IMG/VR virus record: IMGVR_UViG_3300009149_000040
Location: 1-55,008 of that record
Reading direction: 5' to 3' (one strand)
DNA length: 55,008 nt
DNA from: a virus
Taxonomy: Duplodnaviria > Caudoviricetes
A model generated the notes under the pieces. The model made no database searches and was not told where the DNA came from. It worked only from the letters and a program-made list of their open reading frames with translations. A program made the translations under genes and the position numbers. Every line of letters begins with the position of its first letter. Within the stretch, counting starts at the first letter, position 1. Below, one piece after another: positions 36,590-47,087 of this stretch.

Positions 36590-38944
36590 CTATCCTTTTT
36601 TAAATGGACTGTCGTTAGGAAGGATACCAGTAAGAGTTTGGTTATCCGGAAGCGACTGCTCGAACCTAGGAATCAATTTGGAGAGTGCAGCTGCAGAAGA
36701 TCCAAAATTTCGTTTTCGTCCACAAGCTTCAGAGATACGAGATACCACGCGTACCTCATTGGAAAGTTTTTTGTCTAGACCATTACCGTTAATGCGATCT
36801 AAAATATACTTAACCATAGGCTCAAAGAATGTATCTGGTAGATCTACCGGAGGAACTATCCCTAAACGTGTTGCAATGTACTGAGTAGCTTCTGCTTGTC
36901 GCCTACTCAATCCTTCTTTGCTTTCTAATTCATGCATAAGGTGCTGAGCAACACGTGATCTACGATTGCTATCTGGATCACTACGGTTTATACGATCGAG
37001 TATCTTGGCCATCCTACGTTGAGGAATCCCAAAGATGGTTTTATCCTCATCCCACAATGGGATACTGTCTAGTTCTTCGATTAGGTTTCGTACAGTACCA
37101 TCACGGACACCGGCAAGAACCTTCTTAAGATGTGGTCTATTTATTTTGAATCTACTATTTTCTAACCCAGCACCAAATCCCTCTCCTGCAGCAGGAGCTG
37201 CAGGAGCTGCAGGTGGAGCCTCTTCTCCTCCTCCTGCGGGCTCTCCTAAACCAACGTCAGTACCTCCTCCTTCTCCTCCCTCCAAATCTGCGTCGGTACC
37301 AAAATCTGAACCTAGCTCGCCAAAGTCCCCCATACCCCCACCTTCTCCAAAAGATGTCTCTCCTGTAGCAACACCGCTTTCATCAATTCCATACTGATTA
37401 CGTAGCTCAGTCAAAGCTACTTGCTGTTCGTAGATTCTTTTCTTTGTTTCTAAATCTGCATCAAATGAGTCTAACGCTTTATCGATATCAAAACCTGCAA
37501 CTTGAGAGCGCATACGAATTGGAATAGGTATTCCCTTAGCTTCCAATCCATCTAATATTTCTAGAAAGTTTTGATCGGCTACCGGAGAAAGTGGTTTATC
37601 CCACTCAATTATAGGTAAAATGTATGATGGCTCATTGCGCCGTCCTCCAGGACCTCCTTTAGGACCACCAGTACGTACTCTATGGGATATCTCAGCTTTT
37701 GTGCGTTTAACAAAGCCATGCTGTCTTGCAAGCTGTGTACACATCTTTTCTACTAATATTTTTTGTGTAAAATAATGACGTACTGCTCTAACCTTTTCTA
37801 GGAAAGTAGATAAAATTACTTCCATAGAATTCCAGTTAGCCTCACCCGACATGAAGTTCTCGCTTATTCCGAGAGCCCTCATTTTAGCTTCAGACAAGAA
37901 CGACCATTCATCTGATAGCTTCCAAAAATCAGAAGCTCCTCCCCCAACAGGAGTTACTACAACTCCTTCACGAGTTACAACCTTTCCTCCAATTGGGTCT
38001 TCTTCTGCCGCAAAAAACAGGTCTAACACCTCGGACATCTCATCGTCCGTAGCATCTGGCCATACAGTAATATGCCACAGAGGACCTGCTCGTCTACGTG
38101 CTCCAGAGATACTAGCATCTAAGAGAGCCTTCTCGTAGATCTTGAATGGCATTATTCTTGTAAGATAACTTGTACCATAGTAGTCAGTAGCAAATGTCAT
38201 CCGTGGTAAGAACATTGTGTTCTCAGGAGCCAACGGAATAGGCTGACCTGCGGCCATCAGGTTTATTAGTACAGGGTCTAGCGTAGTACGTTGTTCTATT
38301 ATACGCGGATCTGAAGAAGTTGCCCAAGTACGCTGATCTTCTGTAGGTTGTAAATCTATTAATGGATCCAAGCTGGGTACTGGGGATACTGTAATAGAAA
38401 CGTAATCCAAATCATGCGGGATAGTTTCTGTCCAGTATCCTTTAGATTCATCCATTAGTTGGTGGTATACAAATTTACCAAAAGTTAGATAATCACTTAG
38501 TAGCATTGGCATCATTGGAATGACACCACTAGCGTAAAGTGCATCTTGATAAAACTGCATTATTTTTGGATCGTTTACGCCAGATAGAATAACATTCTGT
38601 GAGAATGCAAGGTCCCTCCAGTACTCTGTAGCAGGACCAGCAATAGCATCAAACATCATCAAGTTTCTAAATATTTTATTTTGTGTTTGGGGATCTGCTG
38701 GCAGAAAATCCTCTGCTAAAGTTGGATCTTCTGCTCTCTCCCAAACAGGAGAGTACCTCTGGTTCATACCAGCCCCAGCAGACATGGGGGCGGTAACGTT
38801 GGTCATCGCAGTACCGTATCTAGTACGAGACCTTGAAGAGGTGCTATGGGTACGAGATACTGCAGCAGTACGATTTACTACCCTCCGTTGTATTTTACCC
38901 TCAGTAAGATCGTATCTGAATTTGAACATATGGTGCCTCAGCAA
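36590..38944 (-). CDS. portal protein
   Basis: next large gene after terminase; DYYGTSYL, ALGISENFMSGEANWNS portal-like motifs; Gly/acidic linker. Confidence 0.7.
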   Translation of the reverse strand: MLRHHMFKFRYDLTEGKIQRRVVNRTAAVSRTHSTSSRSRTRYGTAMTNVTAPMSAGAGMNQRYSPVWERAEDPTLAEDFLPADPQTQNKIFRNLMMFDAIAGPATEYWRDLAFSQNVILSGVNDPKIMQFYQDALYASGVIPMMPMLLSDYLTFGKFVYHQLMDESKGYWTETIPHDLDYVSITVSPVPSLDPLIDLQPTEDQRTWATSSDPRIIEQRTTLDPVLINLMAAGQPIPLAPENTMFLPRMTFATDYYGTSYLTRIMPFKIYEKALLDASISGARRRAGPLWHITVWPDATDDEMSEVLDLFFAAEEDPIGGKVVTREGVVVTPVGGGASDFWKLSDEWSFLSEAKMRALGISENFMSGEANWNSMEVILSTFLEKVRAVRHYFTQKILVEKMCTQLARQHGFVKRTKAEISHRVRTGGPKGGPGGRRNEPSYILPIIEWDKPLSPVADQNFLEILDGLEAKGIPIPIRMRSQVAGFDIDKALDSFDADLETKKRIYEQQVALTELRNQYGIDESGVATGETSFGEGGGMGDFGELGSDFGTDADLEGGEGGGTDVGLGEPAGGGEEAPPAAPAAPAAGEGFGAGLENSRFKINRPHLKKVLAGVRDGTVRNLIEELDSIPLWDEDKTIFGIPQRRMAKILDRINRSDPDSNRRSRVAQHLMHELESKEGLSRRQAEATQYIATRLGIVPPVDLPDTFFEPMVKYILDRINGNGLDKKLSNEVRVVSRISEACGRKRNFGSSAAALSKLIPRFEQSLPDNQTLTGILPNDSPFKKG

Positions 38945-38998
38945 CAGAGTGCCGTCTGGATACTAGTGTAAAATCTGCAGTACTTATACGTATGTATG

Positions 38999-39427
38999 CT
39001 AATTCTTCCATACGGTGGTTCGGCAACCAGGACAGAAATTAGCTACTTGGTACTTGCACAGCTTAACCGGTGACATACTTGTTTTACAGCGTGGACATAG
39101 TCCTTTTTTCATTAGTGCTTCTATTTCTAAAAATTTATCTGTAGTACCGCTATCAGCTGCAACAACTGTGGTAGATTCAGATCTGCTTGCAGCTGTCTTT
39201 ACCAAGCTAGTATCGATGCGCTTCGTATAACGTGGTACTAGTGTGCGCAAGATACCACATGCGGTAGAATGGTCCTCTACAGACGAAATAGGGTCTGAGA
39301 ATCCAGAAACACGAAGATTGCCTACCATGCGTTCCACAATAGAGGTTTCATCTATAGAAGTGGCCATATCAGTAGGAAACTCTGCCAGAACATCCCGTGC
39401 TAAGTTATGAAGACTCTTTTGGATCAT
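38999..39427 (-). CDS. protein with C-terminal Zn ribbon
   Basis: CPRC...CPGC. Confidence 0.6.
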   Translation of the reverse strand: MIQKSLHNLARDVLAEFPTDMATSIDETSIVERMVGNLRVSGFSDPISSVEDHSTACGILRTLVPRYTKRIDTSLVKTAASRSESTTVVAADSGTTDKFLEIEALMKKGLCPRCKTSMSPVKLCKYQVANFCPGCRTTVWKN

Positions 39428-39438
39428 CCTTCTGCTCC

Positions 39439-41763
39439 TTATCTTCTACCAGACCTGTAAGCCCCTGCAGATTTCTCCGAAGTTGAACCGGTATTCCCCA
39501 TGAAGCTGCCCATCCTACCGCCACCTCTTCCGCCACGGCTAGCTCCCCTAAAGATACCAACAGATCCAGCTGTTCCAGACTTACGTCTGGATATATGTGC
39601 ACTCTGTTTTTGATACTCTTTTTTGTATCGTTGTATGAAACTGTGTGCTAAAGCACCAACTCTAAACAGATCGTCGTTACCGTTATCGGGTTTGTATAGT
39701 TTATTACCAAACTGATTAACCGTAGTAAGCTGTAATTGAAAATGTGCTCGTGGAAACTCTGCCCTACGTGACAAGTCACGTATCTGTAACAGGTCATCCG
39801 GTGGGCACTCTGGAGCTGGCAACCACACCTTCATTCCTCGAAGTTCATCCCTAAACTGAGTAAAATCTTTCCACTTTAAACTATAACGTTGTGCATCTAC
39901 TTTTAATGAAGGATTCGTACGTAAATCGTGTACAGCGTACGCACTGTTCCATCTATCGAAACCAACATGTAAAAAGTTGAAAGAATTTACTAAAGGAACG
40001 ATAAATTTGTCATAACACCAAGCAAGGTCTACATTACTTCCCTGAACTGGAGCCACTTCTACAAACTCTTCAAATAGTATACCATCTATATCTGGAAGGT
40101 ACCTCCCAACACATAATGCGAATGAGTTAGTTGTTTCTCCATTATCAATAGCTAATACGCGTGGGTTGAAAGGATCGTAAGATATATCTCCTAGTATCGG
40201 CCTAACCCAACGTAACCCGTCTTCGTCTTCTTGCCGTTCAATATGATATTTGAACAGCTGTTCTTCTCCTGCGGAATGTAGAAGATCTTGAACAAGGCGG
40301 TGTTCTGGAAGAAAAGGACTTAAGGCACGAGGAGGGATAGCACAGAAATCGCGCATAAACGATTCCATGTCTCCAGCCTTCTGTTCCCTGATTACATACT
40401 CTTTTTCTTTTGGGTTAACTTCCCATGTTTTATAATGAGTATAGAACATCCTTGGCGCACGAGTCGCCACTGCGGCACGTTGCATAATAGGGTCACTGAT
40501 AGAAGAGGGACTAGAGATATTAAACATGTAAGCATCGAGACTATTGTAGTCGCCTAGTGATTCTCTACGGTAGTCTGCTTGTGTACGAATAGTAGTAAGA
40601 CTATTAGATAATGCATTAAATACTTCAGTACCATCCTTAGTACCTGCACGACGTTTTCCATCTTCGTTCGTATTAAACCAACCTAATTCGTCTTGCGCAG
40701 CAAAAATTCGCGTTCCTCCGCGAAGTCCACTACTACTAGCAGCAAGTATATGCACAGCTAAACGTTTACTAGGGAATGCTAAAAATGTACTACCAGAATG
40801 ATATAGCTGCACTCCAGTACGTTTACCTTCACTTACAAGGTATTTCCTAAACTCCCTAAACCATGGTGAAGAGTCGTAAACCTCTCTAAAAGGTCCCCAC
40901 ATATACTTATTAATCTGATGTAACGTAGGTGCTACAAACGCAGCTTCAAATACAACATTGTTCGGCTGATTAAAGTATCTAGTGGGACTTGGAAGAGAAA
41001 GATACCTATGTAAAATGTACGGAGCGGCGAATGTAGCTACAGAGTACGACTTACCAGATCTCTGTCCCCATACACCAACAAATTCATTCGGAGGTACTGG
41101 ACGGATGTTTACATTATTATCAAACTCATGGTGGTCCCAAAATCTACTATCGCGTTGCCACTCAGTAAGCAGTTCTGTTCGATTACGTTTACATTTAGGG
41201 CATACTCCATATTGCAACAGAGTAAAACGATCTAACACATCTCCCATAGAAGCATCTACTGGAACATCATGTATATAATCAGTGTCACTGCAAAAGTGGC
41301 ATACATCAGAAAAAAAGTGCACGAGTACTTGTAGCTGCTTTGGGAACATCTCTCCGGTATACCCCAAAAACTCAGGGTTTCTACACCACTCCACAATATT
41401 TGGAGCTACATCAAAAGAGCGTTCAGTAAAAATAGAAGGGTCCAGATCAGCTGAAATTGCCCTATCAATCATGGCTACCGGGTCGGGTAGTCCATCAATA
41501 TCATCTAAGTTATCTCCAAATGAAGACAGTCTTGAATAAATGTCACCGGAATCATCAGGGTCATCTGGATAGGGTAAAGGAGCTTCGGAAGTTCTACTAA
41601 TAGACACACTTACAGTAGCAGTATCTATAGTATCTGGAACAACTGGTTTATCTTTAGTAACAGGTGCATCTTTAGGAACAGACTTAGCGGATCTAATGTC
41701 GTTCAACAACGACATAGCTTTACGCTTCTTTGGCTTAAACTTTTTATCAGATGCTTTTTTCAC
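39439..41763 (-). CDS. terL: terminase large subunit
   Basis: Walker A WGQRSGKS, Walker B FAAQDE, ISSP coupling motif, nuclease LAIDNG / FDRWN / NDDLF. Confidence 0.85.
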   Translation of the reverse strand: MKKASDKKFKPKKRKAMSLLNDIRSAKSVPKDAPVTKDKPVVPDTIDTATVSVSISRTSEAPLPYPDDPDDSGDIYSRLSSFGDNLDDIDGLPDPVAMIDRAISADLDPSIFTERSFDVAPNIVEWCRNPEFLGYTGEMFPKQLQVLVHFFSDVCHFCSDTDYIHDVPVDASMGDVLDRFTLLQYGVCPKCKRNRTELLTEWQRDSRFWDHHEFDNNVNIRPVPPNEFVGVWGQRSGKSYSVATFAAPYILHRYLSLPSPTRYFNQPNNVVFEAAFVAPTLHQINKYMWGPFREVYDSSPWFREFRKYLVSEGKRTGVQLYHSGSTFLAFPSKRLAVHILAASSSGLRGGTRIFAAQDELGWFNTNEDGKRRAGTKDGTEVFNALSNSLTTIRTQADYRRESLGDYNSLDAYMFNISSPSSISDPIMQRAAVATRAPRMFYTHYKTWEVNPKEKEYVIREQKAGDMESFMRDFCAIPPRALSPFLPEHRLVQDLLHSAGEEQLFKYHIERQEDEDGLRWVRPILGDISYDPFNPRVLAIDNGETTNSFALCVGRYLPDIDGILFEEFVEVAPVQGSNVDLAWCYDKFIVPLVNSFNFLHVGFDRWNSAYAVHDLRTNPSLKVDAQRYSLKWKDFTQFRDELRGMKVWLPAPECPPDDLLQIRDLSRRAEFPRAHFQLQLTTVNQFGNKLYKPDNGNDDLFRVGALAHSFIQRYKKEYQKQSAHISRRKSGTAGSVGIFRGASRGGRGGGRMGSFMGNTGSTSEKSAGAYRSGRR

Positions 41764-41777
41764 AAGAATACCCTAGA

Positions 41778-42074
41778 CTATTTTCCACCTTCTCCTTGAG
41801 GAGAATCTATCATATCTGAAAGCATAGCTTGTACACGTTTTCCTAAACGCAAAACCAAAGAATCTTGTCTGCGCAATTCAACTTCTGCTAAAGCAGCTCT
41901 ACAAATAAACATATCTTCAGTGGGACCTTCTTCAATATCTACGTCTACATCCGTAATTTCATCAAATATGTCTAGAGTGCTATCAAATCCTTCGTAAGTT
42001 TCTGTTTCTTCAGAAGGTTTGCAAAGACTACAATGTTTAACACAGGGGTCATCGTTAAGACTTTGTTCTGGCAT
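41778..42074 (-). CDS. small acidic protein
   Basis: 98 aa ORF with RBS. Confidence 0.5.
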   Translation of the reverse strand: MPEQSLNDDPCVKHCSLCKPSEETETYEGFDSTLDIFDEITDVDVDIEEGPTEDMFICRAALAEVELRRQDSLVLRLGKRVQAMLSDMIDSPQGEGGK

Positions 42075-42091
42075 TAGTAGCTCTCCCCTAC

Positions 42092-42547
42092 CTATCTACT
42101 GGTTGTACTGATCATTACCCCAAGAGCGGACACATCTGCTTGTAGTTTATCTACTACCTGAATCAGCTTTGCTAATGTAGTGTTATACTGGTCAAATCGA
42201 TTTACTACTTTATCAATTAAATCAACTAATCTGGTAACTCTTTCTGATAAAGACTTAATATGCGTACGCAAACCAACACTGAAATACCAGATTTTACCAG
42301 AAGGGTCATCTGGATCTAGTACGTTGTGCATATCGAATATTCTCTCAACAAACTTAGCGGTAGACTCTGTAGTTTTGGTTAGGTTTTTAAGATCTACCTC
42401 AATCCACTCTTTAAATTTTGCAAATCGCTCATCTAGAGAAGATAGTGTTTTACCAGAGCCTAAAGTCTTATCTAGAACGTAGGCAACAACTGCGGCGGCT
42501 GCGCCACCTCCTAAGCCAAAACCGGCTCCACCTAATCCATCTGGCAT
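42092..42547 (-). CDS. membrane-anchored coiled-coil protein (possibly lysis-related)
   Basis: N-terminal Gly/Ala hydrophobic helix, heptad C-terminus. Confidence 0.5.
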   Translation of the reverse strand: MPDGLGGAGFGLGGGAAAAVVAYVLDKTLGSGKTLSSLDERFAKFKEWIEVDLKNLTKTTESTAKFVERIFDMHNVLDPDDPSGKIWYFSVGLRTHIKSLSERVTRLVDLIDKVVNRFDQYNTTLAKLIQVVDKLQADVSALGVMISTTSR

Positions 42548-42582
42548 AAGTCACCTCTCACTATGCAAAGGACAAACGCCAT

Positions 42583-43263
42583 CTATTTCACTCTATCCCC
42601 ACCGAAGTCTTTATTTGTAGCCATCTCTACAAAGTCCACTAGGTAGCGTTCCGCTGATTCGTTTAAGTTACCACCCTCCAGTAACATTTTACCCATAGAA
42701 TATATAAAATCAGCTGTAAGGTCTTTTTCTACAACAGTTGATTTATCTGGAGACCCATTGGATGAAAGATCGGATAAGAGGTAACTGAACACTGTACCAA
42801 GAGCAAACCCGGTGCTTGGAAGATCCCCCATCAATACTTTTCCGTTTTTTAAAACAGAGAACGTAACACCATCATCAGTTGTAATGGAGTACACGTCATC
42901 GGAAACATTTATAGACACATAAGGTAGGCTACTAGGAATTGGATCCCCAGTATCAGAAGTGCGAAGTTTGTTGTCGTATGTAAGAGTAATGGTTGTAGAT
43001 TTTAGCTGATTTGTTGAAGAAGTAATCATCTGGTAAGTCAATGCGTTGTCTTTAGCATACGCTTGCGCCGTTCGACGGATTATACTTTTTATATCTATAG
43101 AGGTGTTGTCGGGCCATCTGAACTGGATTACTGAAGTTGGAAACAGCTCCTGCTCTACTAATAACTGTTCTTTAAGCTTAGCAGTTGCGTGTAGCTCACA
43201 ATTTTCTGGTACCTGTAGAAGTATCAGATCTTTGAGTTCATTACTATGATGGTAAATCCGCAT
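42583..43263 (-). CDS. hypothetical protein
   Basis: RBS gagga before MRIYH. Confidence 0.6.
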   Translation of the reverse strand: MRIYHHSNELKDLILLQVPENCELHATAKLKEQLLVEQELFPTSVIQFRWPDNTSIDIKSIIRRTAQAYAKDNALTYQMITSSTNQLKSTTITLTYDNKLRTSDTGDPIPSSLPYVSINVSDDVYSITTDDGVTFSVLKNGKVLMGDLPSTGFALGTVFSYLLSDLSSNGSPDKSTVVEKDLTADFIYSMGKMLLEGGNLNESAERYLVDFVEMATNKDFGGDRVK

Positions 43264-43284
43264 AGTCCTCACGAACGCAGTAGT

Positions 43285-43312
43285 ACCTTCTGGATAATTT
43301 TATCCAGAAGGT
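43285..43312. terminator. perfect 13-bp inverted repeat (terminator or operator)
   Basis: accttctggataa tt ttatccagaaggt, intergenic. Confidence 0.6.
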
Positions 43313-43377
43313 TAATTATATAGGACACCTACATAAGAAAGATCAATCTAACATGATCTCTCTAGTATAGAGTAACC

Positions 43378-44451
43378 TTAATTAGATGTTTTGTTGTGGG
43401 ATTTAAGGGAGGAAGGAGCAGCGGACACTTTGTTGTCCAAAGCTATCTTTACAGAAGGGGAGGTATCTTTATAGAAGCGCCTCTTAATTTGAGGGATACT
43501 GTAACAATACCTACAGTTCCTTTTTGATCTAAGCTTTCGTCGTGCACCGTACTCAAAGCAGGACACCATCTGCCAGTAAGCTGCACGCCCACGACATTTT
43601 CTGTGTTTTGGCCTACAACGATTGTACACCTTTTGCTTAGCTTCTCGCGTCATGTCTGTTCGGTCGAAGATTTTACTGCAAGGGTACTGACGTTTGCACC
43701 TAGCTGCTGTTTTGTAAAATGGACCCATGTTGTACCGATTAAGAACACACCTTCTGATAGGTCGGTTATACTTGGCATGCGTCGGGTATGTACACCAGAT
43801 GATATGCCTTGAGATCTCTTGGGCACTCTTAAGAAAGGACAACTTAGGATCTTTCTTCAACTGGTTACACTTCCGATAAACATAACGTCTGTTGCCACGT
43901 ACATGGTGCTGCGTCATTCCGCAGTCAGCCCAACAACGATTGCTTCTACGCTGTTTACACGCAGGATTTACTAGAATTAGTCCTCTGAAATCAGATTCCA
44001 TTCTAGCTAAAGCAATTAGAAAAGTTGCGTCTACCCCTGTGCGTTCCTCAGCGTAAAGAGCAGCCGTAGCAATCATCTCTCTTCGTTGAGGTGTCATTCG
44101 ATGCGCGTAATAGGTACTACGCTGCGCATTGTTTGGATCCTCAACAGCCCACACAGATTTTGCTAGATCCTTAATACGCAACTTGTACCTTTGTAGGTAA
44201 ACAGATGTTTTTCTAGTGGAATCTACTACTATAGGCTTCAGCACCATTAGTGGATCTGGATAAGATACAGATCCTTTTGACTGAAGATAGAATTTTAGAT
44301 CCCCTGAAATGGCTTTGTTTAGTGTTTCGTCCCTAGAAGGAACAGCGATAGACCCTACAGGGTCACCAGTAACAGGAACAGGATTTTTTGCAAAAGCAAT
44401 AGTCCCAAACAGTAGTACGGATACCGTTACAAATTGCAATAGTTTTTTCAT
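43378..44451 (-). CDS. secreted SLT-type lytic transglycosylase (endolysin candidate)
   Basis: signal peptide ending AFA; GVDATFLIALARMESDF (catalytic Glu), DCGMTQ, RYNMGP; many Cys. Confidence 0.75.
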   Translation of the reverse strand: MKKLLQFVTVSVLLFGTIAFAKNPVPVTGDPVGSIAVPSRDETLNKAISGDLKFYLQSKGSVSYPDPLMVLKPIVVDSTRKTSVYLQRYKLRIKDLAKSVWAVEDPNNAQRSTYYAHRMTPQRREMIATAALYAEERTGVDATFLIALARMESDFRGLILVNPACKQRRSNRCWADCGMTQHHVRGNRRYVYRKCNQLKKDPKLSFLKSAQEISRHIIWCTYPTHAKYNRPIRRCVLNRYNMGPFYKTAARCKRQYPCSKIFDRTDMTREAKQKVYNRCRPKHRKCRGRAAYWQMVSCFEYGARRKLRSKRNCRYCYSIPQIKRRFYKDTSPSVKIALDNKVSAAPSSLKSHNKTSN

Positions 44452-44633
44452 AGTAAACTCCTTTTCGTTGTTTCAAAATGGCGTATATTGCACCAGAACA
44501 AAGTTTTATTGTGCAATTTACGCATACTACGTACGGTTACAATGTTATAGAAAGAAAATAGACCTAGTTTGTTGTGGTCTGTTGAAAGATCAGGAGGGAG
44601 TTATGGAGGTGGAAGATTAGCATAATCCTATCT

Positions 44634-45281
44634 CTAGTTTATTTTTTCGTCTGAGATAGGGGTATCAGTACTCGGATTGTCATCGCTATCCTCTAAGCCA
44701 ACCCGATCATCTACGTTGAGGAGCCTTTGCAGTTTTGGAACTAGCTCAGAAGTATCTTTACGTAGTCTGCTAGCCATTCTTTTCAAATACTGCTTTACAG
44801 ATCGATCCACCTTACGAACGTTAGAAGGATCGACAAAGGATTGGATATCCTCACGTAGTCTGTTACTCTCCTCTATTGAGATCACTACACACTGATTTAC
44901 TAAAGGGCGTAGGATCTTTTGGATTATTTCGCGCACCATCTCTTCAGATGGGCGCAATTTTTCACGAGCCAGAATGGTAGCTCGTGCCTCACGCATCAAC
45001 GAGATGTATTGGTCCATCGCGTCTGAGTTTAAAGGATTATCTTTGTACTCTGTGTTACGTTCTTCTGCAGCACGATTTAAATCTTGCAGCATTTGATCTA
45101 GAAGCTCATAACCTGTACCAGCTACTCGATCAACACATGCTACAGAATGCTCATCTATAGCTGCAGCAGACGCGCCGTAAGACGCAGCTAGCTGCGCTAA
45201 CGACTGCTCACCAGTTCGGATATCGGAATCCAACTGACGCACAGTACGCAACGGCAAATTGCTACAAAGTGGGCACGTCAT
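44634..45281 (-). CDS. Zn/HTH protein, possible small terminase
   Basis: CPLC + SLAQLAASYGASAAAIDEH HTH-like segment, near terL. Confidence 0.4.
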   Translation of the reverse strand: MTCPLCSNLPLRTVRQLDSDIRTGEQSLAQLAASYGASAAAIDEHSVACVDRVAGTGYELLDQMLQDLNRAAEERNTEYKDNPLNSDAMDQYISLMREARATILAREKLRPSEEMVREIIQKILRPLVNQCVVISIEESNRLREDIQSFVDPSNVRKVDRSVKQYLKRMASRLRKDTSELVPKLQRLLNVDDRVGLEDSDDNPSTDTPISDEKIN

Positions 45282-45286
45282 ATTAG

Positions 45287-45925
45287 CTACCTAGAAAACT
45301 CAGAAAGTGCATCAAACCTTGGTGCACAACATCCAACAGAGGCCTCTATAAACACTAGGCTTTCCGGAGATGGAGGAATCATATCATAGGTAGAAAAATC
45401 ATCTTCTGTGGCTGGACGTAGTCCAAACTTGGCAGCTTCTGAAGAAGACATCACTTCCCTGATAGGTAGGTCTCCATTTGCAGAATGGAACTCAAGATCT
45501 ATCATTTGGATTTCATCCAGGTCGTTAGTTCCAATCTTACCTCTTCCAGTGTCATCATTTACTTTTTCAATTCTAGCGTCACGTATTAGTACAAATGGAA
45601 AGTCCTCTTCGATATTGTCAGCAAAGTACCACTTTCCAGGCTGCAAGTTAAGCTTAAAAGCTTTCTTTACTTCCTTCTGAACCTGTACTAAAAACGTTCT
45701 TTCTCCATAAGGAGAAACAGTCATCTTATGGGCATCAGCTAGTTTTACAATATCAGGAAGACGGTTTTCTCTTACGTCCTGCAATAGAATCGTAGTAGAA
45801 GTAGACTCTACTACACGTTCGCCTATTACTTCTAACGTACGAGCTACCGTTTCGATAGCAGAAGTTGGTCCTAGCAGAAGAACCGCTGCATAACCTTTTT
45901 CGTGCCCTACGTTCATGTTCTTCAT
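45287..45925 (-). CDS. hypothetical protein
   Basis: 212 aa ORF, RBS ggag. Confidence 0.6.
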   Translation of the reverse strand: MKNMNVGHEKGYAAVLLLGPTSAIETVARTLEVIGERVVESTSTTILLQDVRENRLPDIVKLADAHKMTVSPYGERTFLVQVQKEVKKAFKLNLQPGKWYFADNIEEDFPFVLIRDARIEKVNDDTGRGKIGTNDLDEIQMIDLEFHSANGDLPIREVMSSSEAAKFGLRPATEDDFSTYDMIPPSPESLVFIEASVGCCAPRFDALSEFSR

Positions 45926-45943
45926 TATGCTCTCCAGTGATAC

Positions 45944-47086
45944 TTATGAAACATCTGTATCGTCATCGATATGCCGATAGAATTTACGATACAGTCTCAT
46001 TACAATTCTACGTTGACGTGCACCAGTTTGCACATAACGATTCTTTTCCAAGATAAAGCTAAATAGTTTAAATATTGTGTCAAGTGCATGACCGTATCCA
46101 CCAGAATGGATAACAATTAAATCGGTTAGTGCATTCAAGCGTTCCCATAAGAACCTTGAAGAGGCTTCTCCCGCCATCTTGTAAAGATGCTCCCCAACCC
46201 TAATAACCTTAGGAGGAGAATCCTCTTTAGAACTTCCAACAACGTTGAACACTGGAGCCTTTTCTCTATCTTTTACCATTCTAGCATCTCGTAACTTTCT
46301 AGATAGGTCTTCCAGCTCAAATAACAGGTCAGCATAACGAAACTTGTTCAGTATAGACTTTATAATAGGTACAGGAAGTTTTTCCTCTTCCATATACTCT
46401 GCCAAAAAGAAATCGTTAGGGTCCTCTTCCAACTGCTCGTCGAAAATTGAGGCTTCCTTCCATACTTCTTTCTTATTATATGCTTTTACAACATTACGTA
46501 CATTTTTTCTAAGATCGAGCACATGCTTACGAAGCTCGAATAGGATACCTTCCCTATCTTCTTCCTCTATCTCCGAAAAAGCAGTTTTAAGTATAGTCCA
46601 TTTATACGGAAATAACTCTGTAGACCATTTAGCTTTATAGAGCTGCCAACGAGCGCACTGTAAGATAGCTTCAGGTCGTGCCATCTCTGTTATATCTGTT
46701 ACACGGCGTCCATGCCAAACACCTGTAGTAACATTATAAATAGTGCCAAACCTACTAGCTAGTGCGTCTGGACTAACACTTTCTGGAACCAAATAAAAAC
46801 GAACTGGATGATTGGTGTTAGAAAGGAAATACCCAGAAACAATCTGGGTATCTTTTCTGTATTCTTCCATATCTGCATCAGCAGTATGAATAAGTACATC
46901 AAGATCTGACTGTTCATCATAGTAATGACCAACCAAGGCACCGACTAAATACACTGCTTTTGCGTTAGGAAACCTACGTGATATTTGGTGCTGAAGCTGA
47001 AGACGCGCAGCTGGAGCAAGATTCATCTCATCTGAGTTCCAGATGTCTCGATCCATCAAGCGTCTATGATAATCTAGTATATGCAT
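45944..47086 (-). CDS. Pol-beta superfamily nucleotidyltransferase with tag
   Basis: VYLVGALVGHYYDEQSDLDVLI (hG-x-DxD); PKVIRVGEHLYKMA. Confidence 0.7.
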   Translation of the reverse strand: MHILDYHRRLMDRDIWNSDEMNLAPAARLQLQHQISRRFPNAKAVYLVGALVGHYYDEQSDLDVLIHTADADMEEYRKDTQIVSGYFLSNTNHPVRFYLVPESVSPDALASRFGTIYNVTTGVWHGRRVTDITEMARPEAILQCARWQLYKAKWSTELFPYKWTILKTAFSEIEEEDREGILFELRKHVLDLRKNVRNVVKAYNKKEVWKEASIFDEQLEEDPNDFFLAEYMEEEKLPVPIIKSILNKFRYADLLFELEDLSRKLRDARMVKDREKAPVFNVVGSSKEDSPPKVIRVGEHLYKMAGEASSRFLWERLNALTDLIVIHSGGYGHALDTIFKLFSFILEKNRYVQTGARQRRIVMRLYRKFYRHIDDDTDVS

Positions 47087-47087
47087 G

